DNA of 64,000 bases from Eutreptiella sp. 'Long Island Sound 2002' (Eukaryota; Protista; Euglenida): contig OZ038379.1 of NCBI GenBank assembly GCA_964036045.1, positions 21,638,001-21,702,000 on the forward strand. The letters are read 5' to 3'. The translations under genes were made by a program, and so were the position numbers. This document shows, in pieces, positions 1 to 12,000 of the stretch (its first letter is position 1; the number at the start of each line of letters is the position of its first letter). A model generated the notes under the pieces. It had not been told where the DNA came from. It searched no databases and saw only the letters and a program-made list of their open reading frames with translations.

Positions 1-474
1 ACCGGGGCTCGAGCACTCATCTTCGGGCGCACACCCAAGCGTTGTACCAACTAGATCACAACCCTTCTGCTAGCGACACTACTACCACTAGCGCCTGCTA
101 GCGATGGCTGTTGTTCTAAGTGCTGCTGTGACCAACAACGGTTGGCATTTGATACTGCCAGCTGTGGGTAGTTGGCACTACCCTGGCGGCAGTTGGAATT
201 TCGTCGTCGCCGTCGGTTCGCCAATTGGCCCCGGCGGTTGGCCTCTTTAGCGGTCATTTGTATGCACCTCACCAGTCCTCAAAACCCGCCAGCCAGCCCA
301 AAGATAAGCTTGCCCAAAGGAAGTCACAGGAAAGGGTCTCCGGTTTCCTGGTTTCCTTTTACATATACATATATCTCTCTCTGGGACATCCAGAAGGTGC
401 CAACATGGAGCAAATTCGCATTTCGGCAGGGTTTTCTCAACTTTTGGTCTAATGCACCAAACTGTTGTTACCTC

Positions 475-886
475 AGGGGGGGGGGGGGGCTGTGTATGCT
501 TTTTGAAATCTGTGCGAAAAGGCCGTTTCAGAAGTGTATGGGTTGGGGGGGGGGGGGGACGTGGTCACAATTTTGAGCACGGAGCTGTAAACGGGACGAC
601 GCACAGGCCATGCGACTAATCTGCACCCACTTTTCACCCCCGGAGCGTGCTCTTTTGCGAACCAAAGGCTTCTGCGTTGCATCTGGGGATGCAACAGCAC
701 GTGGCGAGAATTTGTACGCGAACATGGTGACTGCCTGTTGACAAAATCAGGCAGCCAACAACACAGGCAACATCCAAACAGGACAAAAATCTCCAACATA
801 CCGTCAGTACAACATGCAGACCCAGGGTGTTCCAAATAGCCCTTTTCAAGGGCTTTTCAAATATACCCCACATACCCCCCCCCCCC
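475..886. repeat. Dispersed repeat family B copy 1
   Basis: Shares GCTTTTTGAAATCTGTG.GAAAAGGCCGTTTCAGAA and GGGTGTTCCAAATAGCCCTTTTCAAGGGCTTT...ATACCCCACATACCCCCCCC with 49425-50078. Confidence 0.65.
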
Positions 887-891
887 TATGG

Positions 892-1140
892 AACAGTAGT
901 GGGCACAAATGAAGTAACAATGACACTGATCCCTGAAAATGCTCCGTGTTGGCAACAGTAGTGGGCACAAATGAAGTAACAATGACACTGATCCCTGAAA
1001 ATGCTCCGTGTTGGCAACAGTAGTGGGCACAAATGAAGTAACAATGACACTGATCCCTGAAAATGCTCCGTGTTGGCAACAGTAGTGGGCACAAATGAAG
1101 TAACAATGACACTGATCCCTGAAAATGCTCCGTGTTGGCA
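892..1140. repeat. 62-bp minisatellite, 4 exact copies
   Basis: Unit AACAGTAGTGGGCACAAATGAAGTAACAATGACACTGATCCCTGAAAATGCTCCGTGTTGGC starts at 892, 954, 1016 and 1078; no spacers. Confidence 0.95.
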
Positions 1141-1462
1141 CCTTCCTTACCGTCCCAGAGGGATATACATACATTGGGCCTGTGCTGAGTAGCAGTAAGG
1201 CGCTCTGGCTGATTGCTCGGTCTCTACACCAGTGCTGCAGAGTACAGTTCAATCGCATGATGACTCATGCGTCCCGTGGGAATAACATGAAGCTGTGTCT
1301 CCGGTCTCCCGATTTCCAGTCACCGGCTGAATCTCAGGTTGGGTCCACTGCCCTCAGTGGGGGGGGAGGGGGGCATGAAAGCGGTTCAACAGCGACACGA
1401 AATGAATGTCTTGTTGCTGGTGCAGGGCGTTCCCATCAGGAGCACTCGGATGCAGGCCACAC

Positions 1463-4400
1463 CTTCCCAGCACTCGTCACCCCTTTGCCGCCGATGGCAT
1501 GCCCCGTGGAGCCTCCGAAGGTGACCTACAGCAAGAAGACAAACACCGAGGGAAATGGCCTTCGCGTCTGCGGTCCCAACACCCAAACCACAGCCGCCAT
1601 GCCACGGAGGTCACAGGAGGACTGGGTCTTACTTGTGATCCATCCCCCAAGCCTCTGACGAAAAGTTGGCGCTGGGGCGCGGCGCGGAGGAAGGGGGCTG
1701 TGGGACGAACTGAGGGGCAATACCAAAGGGTAAAAGGCTGAGACGAGGCTGAGGTGCACGGGGACGTGGCTAAGGGCCATGACTTCACGATCAACACCGA
1801 CACGAGGGTCCTGCCCGCCCAGTAGAGCATGACCCTCGACAAGGACCACACACCACATCATACTTCCGCCCCCTGCAGCTCCCCCAGCCATCCTTGAGAA
1901 AACCGTCCTGCCGCCCCTGTGGCGCTCTGTTTCAAAACTCGGAGACAGGGGGCTCGCGTGCTCGGACCGCCTTCCTCTGACCCAGTCAGGGGGGGGGGAA
2001 AAATGCGGTCGCCGGGATTGGAAAAAAATGCGGAAAAATGCGGAAAAAATGCGGAAAATGCGAGAAAAAATGCGGCATAAAATGCGGTTTTGCTAAAATG
2101 CTATAGGACTCCCAAAACCCCTATGTTTATCAAGACGCATGTTGATCTGTTGACACCATCGCTCCATCAATGTGAAGACTACGGCCCCGGCTCAACATGC
2201 AAAGCGTGGTAGGGAAGTCTCACCCTTCTACTGTGGTTTAGGAGGAGGGGCGTTACACCCTCGGCAAGAAGCAGCAGAGCCCCAATACTGCCTCCACCCC
2301 ATACCCCATTGAAGCAACCGGCTATTCGCCCCTCAATGGATAGCTTAACCGCCCGTAAGAATACAATGGCGGCTGCCGGAAGCCTTCCCAAGCCCACAGG
2401 GTGCCCACTGCTGGTAGGGATGGTGATCAAGAACAACACCGCCTCCTCTTGGACGCCAGGAACTTCATCCAGCTTCAGCGACTTGTAGGAGGACAAGTTT
2501 GTATCCATGTCACTGAGGTTGCGTGGGTTGAGCACACGCAGCTGCCACACTCAGCCTCCTTCTCGAAGCGATTCTTCAACGCATTGCTGCCAAACATGCT
2601 GCAACACGTGCTTTGCAGCGGCGACCACGGTGCTTCCCTCGTCGGAAATGACAAAGTTGATGCGGTCTGGATGAATCTGCGCAGTGGCTAAGGAGCTCAG
2701 AAGGGCACCCGCGATCTCTTTGTGCTCCACACCCCGCTGCGGACCCTGCATAGTCTCAACGGCCACCTGGTGCTTTTTGGAGTCCAAATGACATTGGACT
2801 GTGCTCTTCGTTGTGTGGCTCACGGGGCATCCACACGCATCGCACCATAGTACTTCAATACCAAGATCATTGGTGCGGAGACTCAGGGGATGGCCAGGGA
2901 ATTGTTCCTTCCGCTTCCCAGGGCCCATGGTGCAATACTTTGCGCCGGCACCACCTCTCCCCTTACCACGTACTTTGCGGCGGGGTGGGCTATTTCCATC
3001 ATCAGATGTGGGCTCAGAAGGAGGGCAATGGGAGGGCATAGCATGTGACATGTCTAAGGGAAAAGGAGCCATGTAACAAACAAAAGTGGCGGTGTTGGGA
3101 AGGTATGCAAACACTGACTTGACTACAAAACTACCCTTTAGTTGAACTACACAATGCCACTTGAATGTATCCTCTTGAACATTACACTAAGGGACCTGCC
3201 CAGAAAATGCGAAAAAAAATGCGGAAAATGCGAAAAAATGCGAATCGCATTTTCCCCCCCCCCCTGCCCAGTGGGGGGGGGCTGCCCTGGGGCTTGCATA
3301 AAGGTCCCTGTGGCATATCAAATCAATCGGACAGGCTACAGGGGTCAGCAAATGGCTGAGTCCCCTGAAACTAAACGTCTTCCAGCGGCCATCAGGCAGA
3401 GCTATTGGTTACAGGCGCACAGCAGGCGACTGGGACACCAACCACAACACAGCGCTACGTCCAGTGGTCACGTGCATGAGGAGATGCGATGCGCAGTGGA
3501 CTGTGTGCATTGCACACGGTCGGCGTGCGGTGTGTGTGATGGCCGCCAGCCTCTCCCACAGCGCCCCGCACACCGCGCACCCCTTCCTCTCGCATTCTGC
3601 CCGCCACCCCGCCAGTGTGCAGTCCTCTCACCCGCCGCGATGTGTGCACTTCCACAAAATGCCCCCCTCCCCCTTGCGCAACGATCCGCAATGCCTCACT
3701 GCTTGACCACCGGGCGGTCGCTGGAGAGTACCCAAAGGTAGCAAAGCACCGCTCGACGGGGGGCTGGTTGTTGGATAAGACCATGATTTAACGAGTGGTG
3801 CCAGAAGAAGCGCCGTTTGACCATGGGGTGGTCGTTGCGCAGGGGGGGGGGGGGGGCACGGGGGGGGGGGGGGACTCCGCAGGTCCTAGGACGCCAACTA
3901 CCCCCCCCCCCAAGAGGCCTCCGGCCAACAGTTAGTTGTCAAAGGTACCGGCCCAAGGAGCCGATGGGCGCCCAATTGTCCGACCACTACCCTCAGTGCT
4001 TGAGTTGGGGTGATGGACTCCCACGCTTCAGCGTGGTTGCAACGTGAAGATCCTGCATTCGGAGCTCTTCCCCGGCTCAAGTGCAGTCCCAAAACTTTCA
4101 GGGGTGAAAGCCGGTGGTTACATAGTGCGCCCCCCCCCCCCCATGGGGCCTTCGGCCAACGGTCAGTTGGGGGGGTAGTTGGTGTCCAGAACCGTGGAGT
4201 CGCCCCCCCTTCTACGTGGGTTTCTCTCGCCTTCCCATGTGCATTAGGATCATCGACCATGAGAGGCAAGTGGAGTCGCGTTGTACTACTGCCCCCTGTA
4301 TGCGGCCTTTGGCTCTGTCCGCACTGACAGGCTTCACATGCCGTTGGCGTGAAGCTTGGGAGGTGACACTGGGAAACAAGACGTCAAGCACAGGGGCGTC

Positions 4401-7400
4401 GGAGGCGGGCAGCATTTCCAAAGCCTTCCCCCCTCTGCGCACGTGCACAACGGTGGGAGGACTGCGTCCGCTGTAGGCGGGCCGGGCGGGGGTGCAAATG
4501 GTGGGGTCCCAGCCTCCAGCACAGCACCCCGCTGCCCATGCCCCGCGCCAGGCCCCCTGATGGAGCCCTACCCCGGGTCTCGGACAATACCGTGCTTTCA
4601 TCGGTGATGTTGCAGGTTGCATTGACGTCCATCGTGACCGGGGCCGAGCAGTCGATGATGCCACTCCCAAACTGCATGTCGCCCTTGACCCCCAGGCCTT
4701 TGCCACCAATCTTGTGCCTCACGCCTCCGGCCAGGGACATGGCCGCGCCATATTCCAGGTCAAGACTGGCAGAGTCCCCATCCATCTCCAAAGGACCCTC
4801 AAAGACGGCCCGGCCGCCCTTGAAGCTGAGGGGGCCCCTGCTCTGGATGCCCAGACCACTGATCTTGTGCTCCGTGGAGGCATCACCTCCAAATGCACAC
4901 TGTAAATGTACACAGAGCGCGGATGAGGGAAGCGCAGAGAGGGGCTGAAAGAGGGCGGGACGGTGGTGGGGCATGTCCACACCAGGCCTTTAGTGGCTCG
5001 CACCCCCACCGCAACGCACTTGAAGCGCTATGCGCGGTGGCCGATTGAAATCATGAAGAATCACACGAATGATTTGGTCCCACTGATGCACACGGCAGTC
5101 CAACACCTCTGACGTGTTCGAATGATTTCTTTGGCCAAAGGCTCAGGTGATGTTGAATATTTGTGGGATCAGTGTACATACACACGGAACCAAGGGGTTC
5201 GGACGGGGTTGTGGGCATGCATAAGGCGCACCCAGGTCTAGAACATCACCCGGAACTGGGGGTGGGCGATGAAGGGGGATATATGGGCATAGAGAACGCT
5301 TACAAATCCGCCGCACGTGCCGCAGGTGCCGCAGAATTTGGATTTCGCCAGATTACCACACTGTTTCCATACCTCAAAAGAAAAATGAAACGACTGAGAT
5401 TGGCGGTCTTTCCATCGTACCCAGGAGGCCCCAACATACCATCGTTAGTTTCTAAGGCCATTGACTATTGCCAAGCGTCTACCCAGGGACATATTGCATA
5501 GAAGGAGGCTCGGCATTTCATCGCTACATAAGGCTTGCTTGAAGACGATGTCGATAGGCAGAGCCTTGAGTTGAGATTGGTTCGGGGAGCCCTTGATGCC
5601 GTGCTGCTTCACAGTCTCGAATTTTCCTCGCCACAAAGGGATCTCCTTCTACCCTCCTCGTCCAATAGTTGTGGTGACAATGACGCCATTAAAAGAAAGG
5701 GCAAACCAATGTGCGATGTGGCTACACATAGCGTGCCCATAGGGGAGAAAGGAACAAAAATGGGGGAGGTCCGGAATCAACACCTAAACGCGACATTCCT
5801 ACTTATACAATTACGATTATACACAAAAAAGATGCAATTCAAATCCACACCACAATCTACTGGTTCCTTGCCTACTGTCATACAAGCACGCCTCAGGCAC
5901 GCTGTAGGGCGCACCACAGGCACTGCCAGCAAATACTGGAACCATCTTAGGCAGTACTGCTATTCTGGTATGCGATTATTGATGAGTAACGCATCAGCAG
6001 GTGACATGTCTCCAGAGACCGAGACCCTCCAAACCAACCCACCCAATTTGAATGTGCACTGCCACATATCACACTTTGCTGCCTGCAGTGATATTCAGCC
6101 GGCTCCGGGCGCCAGACATCACGAGCGCTGCGGCGAACTCCACTTCGCCGTCTTCGAACTGCATGGCGCCCTTGGCGACCATGCCCTTGCCTCCAATCTT
6201 ATGCTTTGCACCACCTCCGAAGTTGAGCGTCGCGCCCTCCTCGCATTCAATGGTGCTATTGCCTTCGGCTTCCAGGGGACCGGTGAAAAAAGCGAATCCT
6301 GCATTGAAGGACATTGGGCCCTTGCTCTTGCAGCCCTTTCCTCCGAATCGATGGACTGTGAACTCATCTCCTCCGAACGCCACCTGCACAGACCATCAAA
6401 ACGAGACATCAAAACGGGGTTGTTTGGGAAAGAGGAATGACTGCAGCCGTGTCGCAAACGCACAGGTACAATCGCGGGCACCAGCGTAAGGCCTCATTTT
6501 GTGTTCTTTGAGGATTCCAGCTCTCATGTCTGCAACCCCCGCCAGTATGTCACCAAGCCGTTGCACTTTGGTCGGCATGTGGCAAACCTCTCGCATCATG
6601 CATACACGCATGTGCTTTGAAACCAATGCAACTTTCGATGTTTAGCTCGACTGGGTGTAACCAGTCCGTGGCTATTGCGGCGCAACAACAAGAAGAAACC
6701 AACCCCCTGTACACGCCGCCTTACCGGAGAAAGTGCCTCTTCTCATCCTCTCTCTGAGCATCACCCGCTGCCCAACTTCGGCCACAGAAGGGTTTCATAC
6801 CAAACTCTCAGATTCGATTTCCAGGAAACAGTCATCGCCCTGCATGTTCAGAGGAGCATCAAAACTGATTTCTCCAAAGCCCAGGGCCAAATCTCCGAAG
6901 AGGTCCATTCCTTTTCCTGAGATCTTGTGCTTGGCGCCACCCTTGAGCGACATCTTTACGCCCACACCACATTCAAGGCTCGCATCGCCCTCCATTTCCA
7001 AGGGCCCCGTAAACTCCGCCTCACCGGCAGAGAACTTCATGGGGCCTTTGGACTTCACGCCTTTGCCTCCGATCTTGTGCCTTGTATCCGAATCTCCTCC
7101 GAAATCCACCTGCACACAACGGGTGGTGTTGAAACATCCAAGACACACGGTGTAATGGTCCTGGCCTTCCTGGACTGGATGCTTGTGAAATCCACTACCC
7201 CTGTCGCTCCATCTCTCCCCCCTCCCCCTGTCCATCCCTCCCTTGGTCGCTTCCTGGACGACATTGCTGGCTTGTCTCGTGTCATTGCCCTACCCACTCT
7301 TGCCCTTCACCCCACCCCGCCCACCTCCCTCCTCCACTGCCGCTCACTTCCCCCCCTCTTTCCCTCTCCTCCTTCGCTCACGGAGCGTTGCGGGTGGATT

Positions 7401-8985
7401 GAAGACAGAGGATGATGCAGGATCATGGAACCTTGTTGGGGCTCGTAGAGGGGACATAGAGTAGGAATTGACCATCGATCGTTGAGGAGGCCTCAACTGC
7501 CCGAACTCCTCAGATCAATCATCAACATTCCCCAGTAGCCGTGAACAACCCAATGATGTTCAATTACTGCAGTACATCTCTCAACAACCTTCAATAATAG
7601 CTAATGCTTCGCAGCGCGCAGCTCAACCCTCAGTGCCGCCCAACAGTGATCCTCACGACACCCGAGAGCACCCATACATTCAGCAACCCCCGACCAACCC
7701 CACAATCCGTCGTTGGCCCTCATTGAATATTGTTGGGGAATGTTAACGATTGCTGGATTTACCAGGCGGCTGATAGTCTAGCCGTCTCATGAGACAAAGA
7801 GCACACAATTCACTCGAAGAGTACCTTTTTTGTGACCTCAGAGCCTCCCCCCCCCCCCCGGTATGGTATCAACCGGCCACTAAGCAATCCCCTGGTCCGC
7901 GTCATCCTGAAGGACCATCGATGTAGTCGCATGGAAGTGTGCGGAATATGAACGCCTACCCAAGCCACCCCACGTCATCCTGGGCCGGCCTCATCTGGCA
8001 GGAAAAAGCCACCTTGTCATGCCTCTCTCCCTCCGGTCCCTCTCTTCCGCATGATCCTTTGACGCTGCAGAGGCCCGGGACAGGGGCAGTGGCAGGGGGA
8101 CGGCCACACCTCAGACTCATCATCAATCTCCATGAATGCATCGTCCCCCAACATTTCCAGCGCAGCTTCGAAATCCATAAAGCCACCCCCGCTGACGTCC
8201 ATCTTGCCTTGCAGAGACATACCCTTTCCGGAGATCTTGTGTTGCTGGCCTCCTCCAAAGGTCACCTGCACGGCGGTCAAACATGACCCATGAGCTATGC
8301 AGTGGTAAAAACGACTGTTGGAGATTTCCGCTGATGCTGCCTCGTCTCTGGCACCAGTGCCTGACTACGCCATTGCGCGTTGGGCAGGAGTGGACCGGTG
8401 CGCGTGTCGACCCCCCCCCTCCCCTACACCGTGCTTTTCCCTCCTCACTCTGGCTGCAATCCGCCAGTGGGTTTGCCCGTGCCCATTGGTGATTTGTGCC
8501 TTTTCGCATAGAAAACGGGCGTGAGGCAGGAAGAGTCAGCAATTGCGCAAATCGAGTGTAGAAAGATACGTTGTGCCCACACTTCGTCCCTCTTCATGCG
8601 AAAGGGCGATTTTGGGGCGATTTTTCGCGCTATTTCACGTATATTTTGTGTATTCTTTCTTTTCACAAGTGCATAGTTGCCGCAAATCGACGGCGCTCAG
8701 ACCGCGGTCGCACGCCCTGGGCTTCACACTGGGAAGCAGCCGCTGGGCATTGGACCTCTATACATCTGTACTCTGTGCGTACTGTGCGCTCTGGGTGATC
8801 AGCCTGATGCCCGTTGTCTGTGGCGCAGGTCACACCAGCCACCAATGGCATATGGACAGAGTCCCCGACGGGATGGAGGCCGAAAATTGGGCGCAGCTGG
8901 GCAGGCTTCTCTGAGGACCTGCTCCGGGTGTGGTGCGGTGTGTATTGAGACATATTGAGACATATGCAGGAAACACACACACATA

Positions 8986-9043
<58 letters not shown>

Positions 9044-12000
9044 GACCGGGAAATGCATCACACAAAACCTTCACGGTCATCCGCATGCAGAACATGTAAA
9101 ACGACAGCACAAACCAAAACATGTACGACGAGTACATTCAAACAGGCACATTGCACAAAACATATGCACCAGATACAACAGACGAGACATCAACGAGAAA
9201 CATACAAACCACAAACGAAACAGAAACGTCAACCAAACACAAATGAGACACTGAAAGACAGTGTGCAACATTCGTTTCTTCCTGCGGGGGGAAGGTGCCA
9301 TAAAGGCTGAGTGAGAGTGGGGGGCTGGGGGACGACCACAAGCAACCCAAATGGTAAAATCGCTTGCAGACCACCGGACTGACGTCCACCAGGGCTCGAA
9401 TCTGCGCTGGAAACGCACTCGAAGTACAACATTGCCAAGCAAATTGTCGTTGCCTTGCGTTGTTTGACAGCAGCCAAATCATCACGGCACAATGCACACC
9501 GATCCGACAAACTATTTGCACGCATCAATGCCGCACGGGGTTTCAGATGTCGATTGTATGCTCTGCGAATGGCTAATAGCATCTACTGTGTGCGCATTCA
9601 GACAGGCAAATCGCTCCTGTGTTGGAATGTAATGCAGGGCTCTATTACCCGATATCAATGGTCATGCAAACTGAAGGCCACACGTGCCACACTGGACGCA
9701 TACCTCAGCAAGTGCACCCAGATCCAGAAACGCATCATCACCTTCCATGAGGAAGGCACCAAAGAAATCGACTTTTCCAGTGCCAACGCTGACGGTCCCA
9801 CTGGCGTTCATCGTGCCATTGATGGTGGAGTTCGCAGAACCTCCGAATGTGAGGTTGGCGCCTTTGCCCACCTTCAATTCACCGCCCGCTGCACACAGCA
9901 CGCGCATGCCAGTGATCAGATGCGGAGGCAGAGCAGAGGATACTCACAGGCCGGGAGCTGGGGCTTACTCTAAGCTCTAGCCTGCACGACTACCACAATG
10001 GTAGCAGGAGCCTGGTAGCAGGGGAAGAGGGGCTGCAACGGACCCCTGGTGGTCTGAGCCACTGCAGCGAAGGGGACAGAAAAAGTCTAGGAGGCGTGAG
10101 AAATCGCTGAGCCCCCCAAAGCTTACCTGAAAGAGAGAGCGCGGGGAGGGGAGGAGGGTGCCATGAAGGCTGAAGGAGTGTGCCGGTTGGTGGGGGCTGG
10201 GGGGGAGGGGGGCTCAGGACGAAGGGCAGACGGATGAAAGGGAGTGACGGCCTCACCTGCTGAAAATAATATGCGGGCTGTCGGTGTACGATCCCCTCCA
10301 CAATACAGGCCCATACCCCATCCCTTTGGGTCCCATCTCCCCCGCTTAACCCCCATTAATCCTCTTCCCTCGCTCGCTCCACCCCTCACTCGTGGTAGCG
10401 GTCATTCTCCATTTGTCAAAAAGGTGGAGAAACCGCACAATGAAGCCGCACGGAGGTATCGCCAAGCCCAGGGGCTGCGCTGATAGCATGGAGCAGGGCG
10501 CCATGACGGGCCTGTCATGGCGCCCTTTCCTCCACTCCGCAGCTGCCCCTTTCTTTCTGAATCACTCTTCCTGTCAGAGTCCCGCGATGGGAGCGGCACT
10601 ACCCCTGCACAGAAGGCTGCCTGAGGGGTAACATGCCAGTGACATGCCGTGCTCAAAGGGCTCTGACGGCAGGATTTGCAGAGGCCATACCTTGCAGGTC
10701 AAGGGGCCCAGAGAAGAACGTAGAACCGCCACCGAAGCTCACTCTGCCTTTTGCCTGCATTCCTTGGCCTCCAATTTCGTTGTATACGTCTGCCAGGAAA
10801 TCGAGTTCTGCGCCAAACTCCAACTCGAAGAACGACTCGTCATCAGTCATAGTCAGGGGGCCTTCGAAATCCATGGAACCTGTGGCAAGATGGATGGGCA
10901 TTGAGACTTGAGGTGACGTTACGTGACGTGACGTGACGTGACGTCGCATGATGCGGTGTGGTGTGGTGTGGTGTGGTGTGGTGTGGTGTGGTGTGGTGTG
11001 GTGTGGTGTGGTGTGGTGTGGTGTGGTGTGGTGTGGTGTGGTGTGGTGTGGTGTGGTGTGGTGTGGTGTGGTGTGGTGTGGTGTGGTGTGGTGTGGTGTG
11101 GTGTGGTGTGGTGTGGTGTGGTGTGGTGTGGTGGAATAGGGCCAAAATGGTGTGGGATGGTGCAACATGATGTCGTGCACTGCAGCGAGGCGTAATGTTT
11201 TCGAGTTGCAGTATGATTTGATGAGATGTGGTTGCAAAGATGCGGTAAGGATGAGGAATTCGGTCATGAAAAACGTGCAACGACATCTCCTGACGTGGAA
11301 GAAGACGGACCAATCGCATGACCGTCAGAATGGTATTGGCCTTGGGAAGGGATTTGGGGTGACCTCGGGGAATATTCCACGCCACCACCCCACACGACAC
11401 CGGCCCGCACCACACCACACGCATGACGCTTATTGCGAGCAGAGTCAGATCTTGAACATACTTCCCATCCCGAGGCGTAAATTACCGGCGATGTCAGCGC
11501 CTTGCCCTCCAAAGACAATCCGTTCTGTGCTGTTTAAAGCAATCGTGGCTCCCTTCTTCACGTTCAACTTTGCATCACCAGAGATTTTGAACCCAGCACC
11601 AAACTGGTAGTCTCCATCGATGTCCAATGTTCCTGAAGCGTATTATTTGTGACGAGCTCAGGGTACGGGAGGGGGACGTACGGTACCCTACTGGACGTCT
11701 CGCTGAACAGATTTCAGAGGTCACAGTGTGGAAAACAGGAAGCATACGGTGCAGGGGAAGACGTCCTGCACAAATTTCGCCACCCTGTACGTGGCACGAG
11801 CAGTTGGCATGCCAAGCGCCGAATTACACAATTTTGCTACCAACAGCCCAAGCAGCCATGCACACACCCAGGCCCACGCACAACTATTTCATCTCCACAT
11901 CCAGATGCCACATCAGGGTTCAGGAATGCCTGGGTGTGCGCAGCCAGAAGACATCAGTTAGCAGTTAGCAGAACGCTGGAGCACAGAAGCAAGCATGAAT

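Noticed and set aside
892-1140. CRISPR-like appearance of the repeated 62-mer
   Set aside because: Units are identical and contiguous with no spacers; the context is eukaryotic with no cas genes.
5535-6440. 301-aa plus-strand ORF
   Set aside because: Largely the antisense shadow of the minus-strand exon 6075-6383; no recognisable protein.
10653-11267. 204-aa ORF with TTPHH repeats
   Set aside because: Only 10691-10906 is exon; the rest is the (GTGTG)n microsatellite.
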